A DNA stretch of 64,000 bases from a bacterium (GCA_030698495.1 JAUYKA010000005.1:8404-72403), one strand, 5' to 3'; positions 48,600 to 58,665 are shown, numbered from the stretch's first letter. The notes: generated from the letters alone by a model not told the origin. Made by a program: numbers and translations.

Positions 48600-48986
48600 C
48601 TACCATATTTCACAAATCATCTCTCCGCCCAGTCCGGCCTTTCTTGCCTTGTGATCATCCATTAAGCCTTGCGGCGTCGACAACACAATACAACCCATCC
48701 CGTCCATTGAATACGGTATGCGAGACTTTTTAACATACCACCTCTGCCCGGGGCGACTAATTCTCTTTAAGCCATGTATGCGCGCTTGACCCTTTTCATC
48801 ATAAGCCAAAGTTAATACCAGCTTTGCCTTTGGTCCGCTTTGCACCCGCAACGCTGACAAAAATCCTTTCTCTTGCAATATCTGTGCCAATCTTTCTTTG
48901 ATACCGGAATAAGGCACAGCCACGCGCTGCTTACCCGCCCGCTGCGCGTTTATAAGAGATGTTAACATGTTCGCTATTGTATCCAT
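48600..48986 (-). CDS. rpsH: Ribosomal protein S8
   Basis: Conserved sequence and operon position. Confidence 0.9.
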   Translation of the reverse strand: MDTIANMLTSLINAQRAGKQRVAVPYSGIKERLAQILQEKGFLSALRVQSGPKAKLVLTLAYDEKGQARIHGLKRISRPGQRWYVKKSRIPYSMDGMGCIVLSTPQGLMDDHKARKAGLGGEMICEIW

Positions 48987-49016
48987 AATAATTTGAAGAT
49001 TGAAAATTGATATCTG

Positions 49017-49202
49017 CTACCAGGAAGATTTTCGCACGCCCGGAACATGCCCCCGCTCGGCATTCTCCCTAAAACAAATGCGACACAAACCGAAATCCCG
49101 CATGTAGCCTCGCTTGCGTCCGCATAAGGCGCACCGCCTGACAAGCCGAGAAGTAAACTTCGGGACTTTTCTGCTTTTTGCTTTTTGCGCTTCTGTTGCC
49201 AT
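49017..49202 (-). CDS. rpsZ: Ribosomal protein S14 type Z (zinc-binding, 61 aa)
   Basis: CxxC...CxxC zinc motif ([20 protein letters not shown]). Confidence 0.9.
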   Translation of the reverse strand: MATEAQKAKSRKVPKFTSRLVRRCALCGRKRGYMRDFGLCRICFRENAERGHVPGVRKSSW

Positions 49203-49366
49203 ACCTAGTATATCAACATCACCCAGCGACGCTCATAAGCTTGCCGCCTGGGGATTGCTGTTAAGATTAAGTTAAACGTATTCATAAGCTCGTTTTGCTG
49301 ATTATGACCGCGCGCTGCATTCAAGGCAAGCTTGGGCGATGTTGTATTACTAGGCATGAAATTATC
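49203..49366 (-). other. 164-nt ORF-free structured spacer between rpsZ and rplE, closed by an imperfect stem of about 28 bp
   Basis: CCTAGTATATCAACATCACCC...AAGCTTGCC (49203-49244) pairs with GGCAAGCTTGGGCGATGTTGTATTACTAGG (49324-49353). Confidence 0.5.
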
Positions 49367-49972
49367 TTAAGATTTATTTTTACTCTTTCCCTTCTTCTCT
49401 GCTACTGGGACAACGCCGACATTATCAATCTCTTCTTTCGTTAACGGAAAACCAAGCGCGCGAAACAGAGCTTCACCCGTTTCGTTATCAGCAGCGCCGG
49501 TTACAAAAGTTACCTGCACTCCAAACACGAAATCTGTCTTATCAGCATGCACTTCCGGAAAAGGCAGTTGTTCCCTCAAACCCACGTTTAAATTGCCCCT
49601 ACCGTCCAGGGCAGTCACACTGATGCCACGAAAATCTCTCACCCGAGGCAAGGTCACAGCTACAAAACGCTTAATAAAATCATCCCGCCGCGCTCCGCGC
49701 AAAGTCACTCGATATCCAACCAGATTACCTTGTCTGACCTTAAACCCGGCTACCGCTTTACGCGCCTTTCTTTCGTGCGGCATCTGCCCGCATATCATGG
49801 CCACGTCCCGTTTGACCGTTTCCAGAAACGCTTGATTATCACGGTTCTTACCGACACCAACATTCACCACCACCCTGGTTACTTTGGGGACAGCCTGAAT
49901 ATTGGACACGCCGATTTGCTTGCCAAACGCCTTGTATTCTTTTGTAAAATTTGTGGACATATAACCAATCAA
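49367..49972 (-). CDS. rplE: Ribosomal protein L5 (TTG start)
   Basis: Conserved sequence and operon position. Confidence 0.9.
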   Translation of the reverse strand: MIGYMSTNFTKEYKAFGKQIGVSNIQAVPKVTRVVVNVGVGKNRDNQAFLETVKRDVAMICGQMPHERKARKAVAGFKVRQGNLVGYRVTLRGARRDDFIKRFVAVTLPRVRDFRGISVTALDGRGNLNVGLREQLPFPEVHADKTDFVFGVQVTFVTGAADNETGEALFRALGFPLTKEEIDNVGVVPVAEKKGKSKNKS

Positions 49973-49983
49973 TCTAAATACAT

Positions 49984-50322
49984 TTATTTAATGGGCGCTT
50001 GGCATTTCTTGCACAAACGCTGCCGCCCGCCATTATCACGACTGATACCGACACGCGTGGGTTTTTTACAAGACGGACATACCAACTGAACATTCGATAT
50101 AGTCATAGGCGCGGCCACGCTTACTCGCTGCCCCTTACTTCCAGACCGCTTAGGTTTAATATGTTTCTTAACCATGTTCACACCCTCAACCATTACTCTG
50201 CCCTGTCTAGGAAATACCACCAAAACCCTGGCTCGCTTGCCACGATCCTTGCCCAACAAAACCTTCACCAAGTCGCCTTTCTTGATCCGAACAGCTATTC
50301 TTTTGGACTTAATCTCTTTCAT
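49984..50322 (-). CDS. rplX: Ribosomal protein L24
   Basis: KOW motif; operon position. Confidence 0.9.
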   Translation of the reverse strand: MKEIKSKRIAVRIKKGDLVKVLLGKDRGKRARVLVVFPRQGRVMVEGVNMVKKHIKPKRSGSKGQRVSVAAPMTISNVQLVCPSCKKPTRVGISRDNGGRQRLCKKCQAPIK

Positions 50323-50360
50323 CTTATTAGCTTATCTAGCTTATTAACTTATCTCGCCAA

Positions 50361-50732
50361 TTACCAAACTTCGGGCGCCAACGAAACTATCTTCTGATAA
50401 CCCCCATTGCGCACTTCCCGGGCGATAGGCCCAAACACACGCGTTCCTATTGGCTCCTTGCTTTCCTTTTGCAGTATTACCGCCGCGTTATCGTCAAACC
50501 GAATTGCCGATCCGTCTTTCCTCTTTTCCTCTTTGCTGGTACGAACAATTACAGCACGCACTACATCGCTCTTTTTTACTGCTCCCCTCGGTTCGGCTAT
50601 TTTTACTGTTACTACCACAATATCACCCAAATATGCATACCGGCGGCCGGTATTGCCCAACACCCGAATCACCTGCAGCAACTTGGCTCCGGTATTGTCT
50701 GCGACACTCAACATTGTCCGTTCATGTACCAT
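50361..50732 (-). CDS. rplN: Ribosomal protein L14
   Basis: Conserved sequence. Confidence 0.9.
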   Translation of the reverse strand: MVHERTMLSVADNTGAKLLQVIRVLGNTGRRYAYLGDIVVVTVKIAEPRGAVKKSDVVRAVIVRTSKEEKRKDGSAIRFDDNAAVILQKESKEPIGTRVFGPIAREVRNGGYQKIVSLAPEVW

Positions 50733-50875
50733 ATATACTTATCTCGCTTATCAACTTATCTTACTTTGCCCGCCGGCCGTGTCCCTCCGTAGCCTTGTGC
50801 GGAGGGGGACCGTGTCCCTCCGTAGCCTTGTGCGGAGGGGGAAGCTTTAGCGAAGGCTGGGCTTATCTCGCTTAA
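50733..50875 (-). repeat. Intra-operon repeat element, copy 1 (GATAAG-repeat leader plus tandem-duplicated hairpin TCCCTCCG-N10-CGGAGGGA plus a segment encoding DKPSLR-stop)
   Basis: Near-identical copy at 53117-53235. Its distal end supplies the last 6 codons and the stop codon of rpsQ. Confidence 0.7.
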
Positions 50876-51137
50876 CCACCACCCAGCGCTTCCGAGCGGA
50901 TAGTGGCCTCGATTCTCTTATCATCACCTTATCGCCCGCTTGACACTCGTTCTGCTCGTCATGTGCCAGATATATTTTGGAGCGCAAACGCCGCTTTTGA
51001 TACATACTGTGGACTTCCACGGTTTCTACCTGAACAGCCACCGTTTTATCTCCGGACTTTTTTGTCACCACGCCCGTTAGCGTCTGTCTTCTTCCCGACG
51101 ACACCGGTTCTTGTTTTGTTTCTGCTTGTTTTGACAT
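50847..51137 (-). CDS. rpsQ: Ribosomal protein S17
   Basis: Conserved OB fold; the C-terminus DKPSLR is encoded by the repeat element. Confidence 0.9.
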   Translation of the reverse strand: MSKQAETKQEPVSSGRRQTLTGVVTKKSGDKTVAVQVETVEVHSMYQKRRLRSKIYLAHDEQNECQAGDKVMIRESRPLSARKRWVVVKRDKPSLR

Positions 51138-51157
51138 AATCTAATATTCTGCAACAA

Positions 51158-51364
51158 TTAATCTTTTTTTGCAACTTGTCTGCGCTGTTCCTGATACACG
51201 GTTTCCGCTCTGGCAATATCCGCCCGAATAACCTTCAAAATGGCATGGTTTTTCTCTTTTCCCGACCTGATATCGATTTGTTTCTTAAAGTAATCTCCTT
51301 TAAGAGTGTGTATCCTGGCCGCCAACTCATCGGTATTTAAGTTTCTAAAATCATGCGCTTTCAT
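51158..51364 (-). CDS. rpmC: Ribosomal protein L29
   Basis: Conserved sequence. Confidence 0.85.
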   Translation of the reverse strand: MKAHDFRNLNTDELAARIHTLKGDYFKKQIDIRSGKEKNHAILKVIRADIARAETVYQEQRRQVAKKD

Positions 51365-51774
51365 AACCCGTGTCTCTTAATGAATCTGGTTTTTACCGGC
51401 AATTTATGCCCGGCTAAACGCAGCGCTTCTCTAGCCGTGGCTTCGTCAACCCCGTCCATTTCGAAAATCACCCGACCGCGATGCAGCGGCACAACAAAGT
51501 GATCTACCGCGCCCTTGCCGTTCCCCATAGGAACTTCCGCTCCTTTTTTAGTAATTGGCTTATCAGGAAATACTCTGATCCATATTTTTCCGCTGCGCTG
51601 GACAAATCTTGTCATCGCTCGTCTCGCCGCCTCAATCTGCCTGGCAGTCAGCCAGCGATTTTCCATCGCCTTCAAACCGTACTGACCGAAATCAACCGTC
51701 TGCGCGCCTTTCGAGGCACCCTTTACGGTCCCTTTCTGATGCTTACGATGTTTTACTTTTCGTGGCATTAACAT
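51361..51774 (-). CDS. rplP: Ribosomal protein L16
   Basis: Conserved sequence; 4-nt overlap with rpmC. Confidence 0.9.
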   Translation of the reverse strand: MLMPRKVKHRKHQKGTVKGASKGAQTVDFGQYGLKAMENRWLTARQIEAARRAMTRFVQRSGKIWIRVFPDKPITKKGAEVPMGNGKGAVDHFVVPLHRGRVIFEMDGVDEATAREALRLAGHKLPVKTRFIKRHGL

Positions 51775-51788
51775 ATCAATAGTCTCCT

Positions 51789-52541
51789 CTATTCATTAAC
51801 TTCTACTTTTGTCTCCACCGCCTTATCGGCCAGAGATTTTCGATGTCTGCGACTGGTTACCTTGCTTGGCTCAATACTTTTTCCCGGCTTTTCTTCGTTT
51901 TCTACTTTGTATTCGCCGCGATTTATCCAAACTTTCACGCCGATTGTTCCGTAAGTCGTGTAGGCTGTCATTTGCGCGTAGGATATATCGGCTCTAAATG
52001 TATGCAGAGGCACATTACCCTCCGCCAACCATTCTCGACGGGCAATTTCCGCTCCGTTCAAGCGGCCGGACAATGCCACTCGCACCCCAACCGCTCCGGC
52101 TTGCATAGCTCGCGATACGGATTGTTTTAAAACGCGCCGAAAGGGCATTCGCCTCTCCAGCTGATCCACAATCTGCGTTGCTACCGCTGCTGAATCAGTA
52201 TCAGGATTGCGTATTTCCTGCACATTAATTCTTATTTTACCCGTGGGGCCGAACTTTCTAGTCAAATCCTTCTGTATTTTTTCGATCCCTGAACCGCCCC
52301 GGCCAATCACCACCGCCGGCCGAGACGTGTGAATCGTCAGCACCGTCTCCTTTTGATCCCGTGCTATTTCCACCCGCGAGATAGAAGCGCTGCGCAATTC
52401 TTTACGCAAGTATTCACGAATTAGCAAATCCTGCCGCAATTGCCGTCGATAAATGTGGCGACGATCAGCAAACCATTTAGGATCCCATGACCGCAAGGTA
52501 TTGCTGATACGTATTATATTCGGATTTGTTTTTCTTCCCAT
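51789..52541 (-). CDS. rpsC: Ribosomal protein S3 (with a C-terminal extension)
   Basis: KH and S3-C domains. Confidence 0.9.
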   Translation of the reverse strand: MGRKTNPNIIRISNTLRSWDPKWFADRRHIYRRQLRQDLLIREYLRKELRSASISRVEIARDQKETVLTIHTSRPAVVIGRGGSGIEKIQKDLTRKFGPTGKIRINVQEIRNPDTDSAAVATQIVDQLERRMPFRRVLKQSVSRAMQAGAVGVRVALSGRLNGAEIARREWLAEGNVPLHTFRADISYAQMTAYTTYGTIGVKVWINRGEYKVENEEKPGKSIEPSKVTSRRHRKSLADKAVETKVEVNE

Positions 52542-52579
52542 ACTTTATTATTTGAAAATTGATAATTGAAAATTGTTTG

Positions 52580-53116
52580 TTATCCTTCTCCCATCGACTT
52601 GCGCCGATAGGATTTATGCGCATCGCCACCCTGCTGCGGCATTCTTTTTATATTACGCACATCCTTCTGTTTTTCTTTTACTTCGGATACTTCTTTACTC
52701 GGCGTCTGCCCGGCAACAAAATCTTCAGCGGCTATGGTTTCGATCTGACTCTTCTTTCCCTTCCTGGCCGCCCCTTTGGCCACGCCGATTTCTTCCAGCA
52801 CCACCGTCACGTGGGCAGTCCGCTTTAAAATCGGATGGGCCGATCCTTTACTGGCCGGTTGGGAACGCTTCATCACAAAACCGCCGTCCACTACCATATC
52901 CGCTACTCCCAGAGAGGCTTCTTCGATAGAATAATTATGTTGGGCGTTTGCCATCGCGCTGCGCAATACATTTCCCACTAAGTCGGCTGCTTTCCCCGGC
53001 ATAAACTCAAGCTGCGCTCTAGCCTCCACCGCCGACAAGCCAACAATTGCCTCACGAATCAATCGCAGCTTTCTCGCCGCTATCCTGGCATTCTTATGTT
53101 GTGCTTTTACTTCCAT
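52580..53116 (-). CDS. rplV: Ribosomal protein L22 (with a charged C-terminal extension of about 60 aa)
   Basis: Conserved L22 core. Confidence 0.85.
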   Translation of the reverse strand: MEVKAQHKNARIAARKLRLIREAIVGLSAVEARAQLEFMPGKAADLVGNVLRSAMANAQHNYSIEEASLGVADMVVDGGFVMKRSQPASKGSAHPILKRTAHVTVVLEEIGVAKGAARKGKKSQIETIAAEDFVAGQTPSKEVSEVKEKQKDVRNIKRMPQQGGDAHKSYRRKSMGEG

Positions 53117-53235
53117 ATGCTTATTATCTTATTTACTTATCTCGCTTATTAACTTATTTTACTTTGCCCGCCGGCCGTGTCCCTCCGTAGCCTTGTGCGA
53201 AGGGGGAAGCTTTAGCGAAGGCTGGGCTTATCTGC
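53117..53235 (-). repeat. Intra-operon repeat element, copy 2 (ATAAG x5 leader plus hairpin plus DKPSLR-stop segment)
   Basis: See copy 1. Supplies the C-terminal DKPSLR and the stop codon of rpsS. Confidence 0.7.
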
Positions 53236-53544
53236 CGCCGGCTTTATCGCCGCAGCTGCGGCGGCCGCCATCTCCGCCTCTTTCTGTATGCGTCCACCAT
53301 GTTTAACAAACTTGCGTGTTGGCGAAAATTCTCCCAGTTTATGCCCTACCATTTCCTCAACTACCAGCACTTCCACGTGTTCGCGTCCGTTGTGCACGCC
53401 AAACCTGAAACCGACCATTTCTGGATATATCGTAGAGGAACGCGCCCAGGTTTTTATAACCGTACGATCACCGGCTTTTAGACGCTTAACTTTGGCTAAA
53501 AGTTTCGGTTCAATGTATGGTCCTTTTTTGGTTGATCTAGACAT
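53212..53544 (-). CDS. rpsS: Ribosomal protein S19
   Basis: Conserved sequence; the C-terminal AADKPSLR is encoded by the repeat. Confidence 0.9.
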   Translation of the reverse strand: MSRSTKKGPYIEPKLLAKVKRLKAGDRTVIKTWARSSTIYPEMVGFRFGVHNGREHVEVLVVEEMVGHKLGEFSPTRKFVKHGGRIQKEAEMAAAAAAAIKPAADKPSLR

Positions 53545-53566
53545 AATTTAGAAATTGAAAATTGTA

Positions 53567-54412
53567 TTAACGCCTTTTTTTCTTAGTCCGACGTTTTAAT
53601 ATCATACTATCCGAATACTTTCCCTTACGCCGTGTTTTAACCCCCAGCGCCGGCTTCCCCCATAAAGTCTTAGGATGCTTCAAACCGATTGGCTGCGCAC
53701 CTTCACCGCCACCATGAGGATGATCAACCGGATTCATCGCCTTGCCTCGCACTTGAGGCCTTCGTCCGCGCCGACGCATTCTCCCGGCCGATCCCGCCCG
53801 TTCCAGCCAGGCATCGGCATTACTCGCTTCGCCTATAGTGGCATACGCCTCCCTCGCAATCAAGCGGATTTCACCGGATGGCATTTTCAGCTGCGCGTGC
53901 CCGCCTTTTACATCCATTAGTACAGCCGATGCCCCCGCCGCCCGCAATATCTGACCGCCGCGTCCCGGTTTCAGCTCCACATTAAAGACCGCTGTTCCCG
54001 GTGTTATCGCTTTCAGAGCCATCCGATTTCCGGGTTTTTCCGGCGCTTTATCGCTAACAACAATTTCATCTCCTTCTCTCGCGCCTTCCCAGGAAACCAC
54101 ATAGCGACGCTCGCCGTCCCGGTATAACAACAGTGCTAAAAAAGCCGAGCGGTTTGGATCATACTCTATCTTTTCCACTTTGGCCGGAATATCTTTTTTA
54201 TCCTGTCTGAAATCGACTACACGCCACAATCTCTTGGCGCCTCCGCCGCGATGCCGCACTGTTATAATACCCTGTGAACCTCTCCCGTTTAAACGTTTTC
54301 GGCCCACCACTAACGACCGATGCGGCTTACCCGCGCTTAAATCCCGCCGATCAATAACCGACATATTTTTTCTGGCTGCGCGATTTGTTTTGTAATTTCT
54401 GACTGGCATCAC
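53567..54412 (-). CDS. rplB: Ribosomal protein L2
   Basis: Conserved sequence. Confidence 0.9.
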   Translation of the reverse strand: MMPVRNYKTNRAARKNMSVIDRRDLSAGKPHRSLVVGRKRLNGRGSQGIITVRHRGGGAKRLWRVVDFRQDKKDIPAKVEKIEYDPNRSAFLALLLYRDGERRYVVSWEGAREGDEIVVSDKAPEKPGNRMALKAITPGTAVFNVELKPGRGGQILRAAGASAVLMDVKGGHAQLKMPSGEIRLIAREAYATIGEASNADAWLERAGSAGRMRRRGRRPQVRGKAMNPVDHPHGGGEGAQPIGLKHPKTLWGKPALGVKTRRKGKYSDSMILKRRTKKKRR

Positions 54413-54438
54413 TTTTACTATTAACTAAAGACTAATAA

Positions 54439-54861
54439 CTAAACCGTAAAATCGATTGTTTTTCCGGCCGGCAGTTTCACGTACGCTTTTTTCCAGTAGT
54501 TTGTCTGTCCGCTGGTTGCGCCGCGCCGTCTATTTTTTGCCGGCATGTTCATTGTCCGCACCATAACCGGCTCAATCTTATATTGCTCCAAAACCGCTGC
54601 CGCTATCTGATTTTTGTTTGCGTCGCAGCTAACCCGGAAAACAACTGTATTCGTATCACTCTGCGCATCGACTCCTTTTTCCGTTACTAACGCAACCAAC
54701 CCAATTTTTCCGGCCAAAACAGATACTTCTCTATCAACCACGTCTGGCTTATCCGCCAATTTCATTTTTGGTTTAGCCAAACTCACCGGACTCTTCTTCG
54801 TCGGCTTTTTTTTGCCTGGCACACTACCGGGTTCTCTTTTTAAAAATGATAGTACAGACAT
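54439..54861 (-). CDS. rplW: Ribosomal protein L23 (with a basic N-terminal extension)
   Basis: Conserved L23 core. Confidence 0.85.
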   Translation of the reverse strand: MSVLSFLKREPGSVPGKKKPTKKSPVSLAKPKMKLADKPDVVDREVSVLAGKIGLVALVTEKGVDAQSDTNTVVFRVSCDANKNQIAAAVLEQYKIEPVMVRTMNMPAKNRRRGATSGQTNYWKKAYVKLPAGKTIDFTV

Positions 54862-54865
54862 ATTA

Positions 54866-55552
54866 TTATGCTTTTATTTCTACACTTGACTTGCCGCAAC
54901 GTCTCTCAACCTCCGGCAACGCTGTCCTGGCCAACCATACTTTCCTGGCCACCATCAAATCGGATACTGTTGCTTGCGCCACCGGCATCACTTTAATCGC
55001 CGGCAAATTTCTCGTTGCTCTGGCTAAAGAACCGGACTCCCCCGCGGCTGTCAGAATCAACAACCCCCGGCAATCCGCCGGCAGCTTCTCTTTTATTTCG
55101 TTTGTTTTAACGGGCAAATCCTTGTTTATCTCAACCACTGCCAATCGATCCGCTTGCGCTAAATTATATAAAACTCCCGCGAAGGCGCGTCTTTTCATTG
55201 CTGTCGGCACCGGCAGAACCCTTGTCTTACGTGAGCGGGGACCAAAAGTTATTCCGCCGCCAACCCATATCGGCGATCTGATTGAACCGTGTCTGGAATT
55301 ACCCGTGCCCTTCTGTTTCCATGGCTTTCTTCCGCCGCCACGCACTTCCGCTCTGCCTTTGGTATGTGCCCGACGCACTCGCACTCTTTTTTGGTGCGTT
55401 AACACAGTCTGCGCCAACAATCTGTCTGAAACCTCTTTTATTATGTATTCCGGCCAAGGCATAACTCCCGTTGGCTTGCCGCCCAAATCAACAACCGCCA
55501 GCTCGTTTTTCGTCTGTTTACGATTATCGATTTTTTTAGGTTCAGAATTCAT
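54866..55552 (-). CDS. rplD: Ribosomal protein L4
   Basis: Conserved sequence. Confidence 0.9.
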   Translation of the reverse strand: MNSEPKKIDNRKQTKNELAVVDLGGKPTGVMPWPEYIIKEVSDRLLAQTVLTHQKRVRVRRAHTKGRAEVRGGGRKPWKQKGTGNSRHGSIRSPIWVGGGITFGPRSRKTRVLPVPTAMKRRAFAGVLYNLAQADRLAVVEINKDLPVKTNEIKEKLPADCRGLLILTAAGESGSLARATRNLPAIKVMPVAQATVSDLMVARKVWLARTALPEVERRCGKSSVEIKA

Positions 55553-55567
55553 TTATGTAATCAAAGA

Positions 55568-56128
55568 TTAATCAACTTGCTTGATTTCCAACACAGCCCC
55601 CCGCCTACCCGGCACCGCCCCCCTTATCGCCAGTACATTTTGTTCTGCGTCCACCGCCGCCACCCGCAAATTTTTCACCGTCACCCGATCGGCACCCATG
55701 CGCCCCGCCATCCGCACTCCCTTTCTGGTGTGCTGGGGATACCGGGAACCGATTGACCCGGGACGACGCAATACATGCCTGTGGCCATGACTAGCCGGAC
55801 CGCCCTTAAAATGATGGCGCTTAACCACCCCTTGAAAGCCCTTCCCCTTGGAAACCCCGCTTACTTCCACCGTGTCGCCAACCTCAAACTGCCCGACACC
55901 CAACTCTTCCACGTCTTGAGCCACTTCAATAGCAAATTCTTTCTTTATTGAATATTTCCCCTTTCGATCCACCATACCCAGCTGAACCGCTTCGTACCCA
56001 TCCCTAGCTTCACTGCGCCTTAAAGTTACTTTATTAGGCACAGCTTCCACCAAGGTAACAGCCAACACTTCTCCCTCGGGAGAAAACATCTGCGACATAC
56101 CGATTTTTCTTCCTAACAAAGCTTTCAT
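55568..56128 (-). CDS. rplC: Ribosomal protein L3
   Basis: Start MKALLGRKIGMSQMF (ATG at 56126-56128). Confidence 0.9.
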   Translation of the reverse strand: MKALLGRKIGMSQMFSPEGEVLAVTLVEAVPNKVTLRRSEARDGYEAVQLGMVDRKGKYSIKKEFAIEVAQDVEELGVGQFEVGDTVEVSGVSKGKGFQGVVKRHHFKGGPASHGHRHVLRRPGSIGSRYPQHTRKGVRMAGRMGADRVTVKNLRVAAVDAEQNVLAIRGAVPGRRGAVLEIKQVD

Positions 56129-56382
56129 AACAAACTGAACATTATTTAAACAAAAAACCACTCACCTTAAAACCGAGAGGTTTTTATCTAGCTATCAGAC
56201 ATGACCGCGTACTGTTTACCCTGAGCGAGCGAAGCGAGTCGAAGGGCCCCCTCGACAACCCTCAATCACCAGGCGTACATCATCCGCGACTAATCTAAGG
56301 CTGGTTATACTATAAATAATCCTGCCCAAAAACGCAAATTTATTCCTCTACTTCTCAAAGCGAAAAGTTGTTTCTGTCCTTC

Positions 56383-56739
56383 CTAACCTGTTTTCATCGA
56401 CACATCAACCCCCGCCGGAAGATTCAAACTCATCAGAGTATCTACCGTTCTTGGTGTTGATTCCACAATATCAATTAACCGCTTGTGTACTCGAATCTCA
56501 TACTGATCCCTGGAATTCTTATGCACAAACGTCGATCGATTAACCGTGTATTTTTTCTTACTGGTAGGCAACGGTACCGGACCGGCTATTTTGCCGCCCT
56601 CCCGCTCAACCGCGTCAACAATCTGTTTAGCTGATTGATCGATCAGCTTATGATCGTAGGCCTTCAGTTTTATCCGAATGCGCGGCACCGCCGGTGCTGG
56701 AGTTTCTTCTGTCTCTTTCGTTGCCGCTTTTGCGTTCAT
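56383..56739 (-). CDS. rpsJ: Ribosomal protein S10
   Basis: Conserved sequence. Confidence 0.9.
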   Translation of the reverse strand: MNAKAATKETEETPAPAVPRIRIKLKAYDHKLIDQSAKQIVDAVEREGGKIAGPVPLPTSKKKYTVNRSTFVHKNSRDQYEIRVHKRLIDIVESTPRTVDTLMSLNLPAGVDVSMKTG

Positions 56740-56786
56740 GCAGTTCGAGTTACAAGTTCCAAGTTATAAGTTATAAGTTATGAGTT

Positions 56787-57980
56787 CTACTCAATAATTT
56801 TCGTCACCACACCGGCGCCGACCGTCCGGCCGCCTTCGCGGATGGCAAAGCGCATGCCGTCTTCCATAGCTACTGCTGAAACCAACTCAACTTTCAAATC
56901 AACTTCATCACCGGGCATAACCATCTCGGCACCCTCGGGCAATTCAACCGAACCGGTAACATCAGTCGTTCTCACATAAAACTGCGGCTTATATCCCTTA
57001 AAGAATGGTGTGTGCCTTCCGCCTTCATCTTTGGTGAGAATATACACCTTACACTCGAATTTCTTATGCGGCGTAATGGTACCGGGTTTGGCCAATACTT
57101 GCCCGCGCTCGACATCTTCCTTCTTTAGTCCGCGCAACAGCACCCCGGCATTGTCACCAGCCTGGCCTTCATCCAACTGTTTGTTAAACATTTCTATACC
57201 GGTTACCACCGTTTTCTGCGTCTCACGCAAACCGACAATTTCCACCTCATCATTAAGATTAACCTTACCGCGCTCAATCCGTCCGGTCACCACCGTACCG
57301 CGTCCTTCAATACTAAACACATCTTCAATCGGCATCAGGAAAGGCTTTTCCACATCGCGTACCGGCTCCGGAATCGTCTCGTCTAAAGCAGTGATCAAAT
57401 CAACAATCGGCTTGGCCGCTTCGTCATCCGGACTTTTGGTATCCAACGCTTTTAGCGCCGAACCGCGAATAACCTTAATGTTTTTCCCGTCATATTTATA
57501 CTTCGTCAGTAATTCCCGCACTTCCTCTTCCACTAAATCAACCAACTCCGGATCGTCCACTTGATCCACTTTGTTCAGAAAAACCACAATCGCCGGCACA
57601 CCAACTTGATAGGCCAGCAAAATATGCTCGCGTGTCTGCGGCATCGGACCATCAGTTGCCGAAACAACCAATACCGCGCCATCCATCTGGGCGGCTCCGG
57701 TAATCATGTTCTTGATGTAATCGGCATGCCCGGGACAATCCACATGCGCGTAATGCCTCTTGTCCGATTCATACTCACAATGAGTCGTGGAAATGGTGAT
57801 ACCACGCGCTTTTTCTTCCGGAGAGTTATCAATTTCGTCAACGGTAAGAACTTTCTTAGCCCCGCCCTTCATGCCCATAACGTGCAAAATTGCAGCCGTC
57901 AGGGTTGTCTTGCCGTGATCAACGTGTCCAATTGTTCCCACGTTGACATGCGGCTTTGATCGATCAAACTTCTCTGCCAT
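56787..57980 (-). CDS. tuf: Translation elongation factor Tu
   Basis: GHVDHGKTT and DCPGH motifs; start [19 protein letters not shown] (ATG at 57978-57980). Confidence 0.95.
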   Translation of the reverse strand: MAEKFDRSKPHVNVGTIGHVDHGKTTLTAAILHVMGMKGGAKKVLTVDEIDNSPEEKARGITISTTHCEYESDKRHYAHVDCPGHADYIKNMITGAAQMDGAVLVVSATDGPMPQTREHILLAYQVGVPAIVVFLNKVDQVDDPELVDLVEEEVRELLTKYKYDGKNIKVIRGSALKALDTKSPDDEAAKPIVDLITALDETIPEPVRDVEKPFLMPIEDVFSIEGRGTVVTGRIERGKVNLNDEVEIVGLRETQKTVVTGIEMFNKQLDEGQAGDNAGVLLRGLKKEDVERGQVLAKPGTITPHKKFECKVYILTKDEGGRHTPFFKGYKPQFYVRTTDVTGSVELPEGAEMVMPGDEVDLKVELVSAVAMEDGMRFAIREGGRTVGAGVVTKIIE

Positions 57981-58218
57981 ATGTTTGTTGCTTTTAATAA
58001 TAATCAAAAAACCCTCCGACGTTTCAGCCACCCGCCTATTTTGCGCCGCAAATATTGACAGGCGTCGAGGTTACCTATTTTGTAACACAAGCCGTTTTAA
58101 ATGTAAACACCTTTTTTCAGTATCCTAAACCCTCACTATTCTGGCACACCACACTCAATCAATTATTGAAAAAATAAAAATTAAATGGAAATTGAAAATT
58201 GATAATTGAAAATTGTAT

Positions 58219-58665
58219 CTATTCCTGCAGCTCCGGCGGCAAGTCCCCCCTGATCGGTTCAAACCTGATTCTTCGCGGCGGCTCGTATGCTCTCTTTTGC
58301 AACTCCTCCCCAACCAACGTCGGTTCTTCCTCCTCAACCATATCGCCTTGCTCTATTTCTTCACTGTCAAACTCCATTTCTTCCTCTTCCGGATCCTGTC
58401 CCTGCCTATCTTGATCTTGCTGCCACTGAAAAAGAGCAATATCCCGGTTAATCTTATCCAACATATCGCCCGCGGAAGGTACTTCCTCGACTTCTCCCGC
58501 ACCGGGCAAAGCCAGTTGCACGTCTCTCACCGACTGCTGCAAATCCTCAAAATCTTCCTTGGCTGTTATCACATACTCCCTCCCATCTCCGGCCGGAAAC
58601 ACAAAATAACCGCCCAACTCCCGCAAAGCCGCGATTACCATCTCAATTGAACCATTATCTAACAT
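58219..58665 (-). CDS. Hypothetical acidic protein located between fusA and tuf
   Basis: 148 aa; the N-terminal 60 aa resemble a YefM/Phd-like fold (weak); C-terminal poly-Asp/Glu tail. Confidence 0.45.
   Translation of the reverse strand: MLDNGSIEMVIAALRELGGYFVFPAGDGREYVITAKEDFEDLQQSVRDVQLALPGAGEVEEVPSAGDMLDKINRDIALFQWQQDQDRQGQDPEEEEMEFDSEEIEQGDMVEEEEPTLVGEELQKRAYEPPRRIRFEPIRGDLPPELQE

Noticed and set aside
56212-56250. rnpB-like fragment in the rpsJ-rplC spacer as a second RNase P gene
   Set aside because: Only 13+9 nt match the rnpB 5' region, and no P4 or other core elements follow. It is mentioned under the rnpB finding as a curiosity, not a gene.
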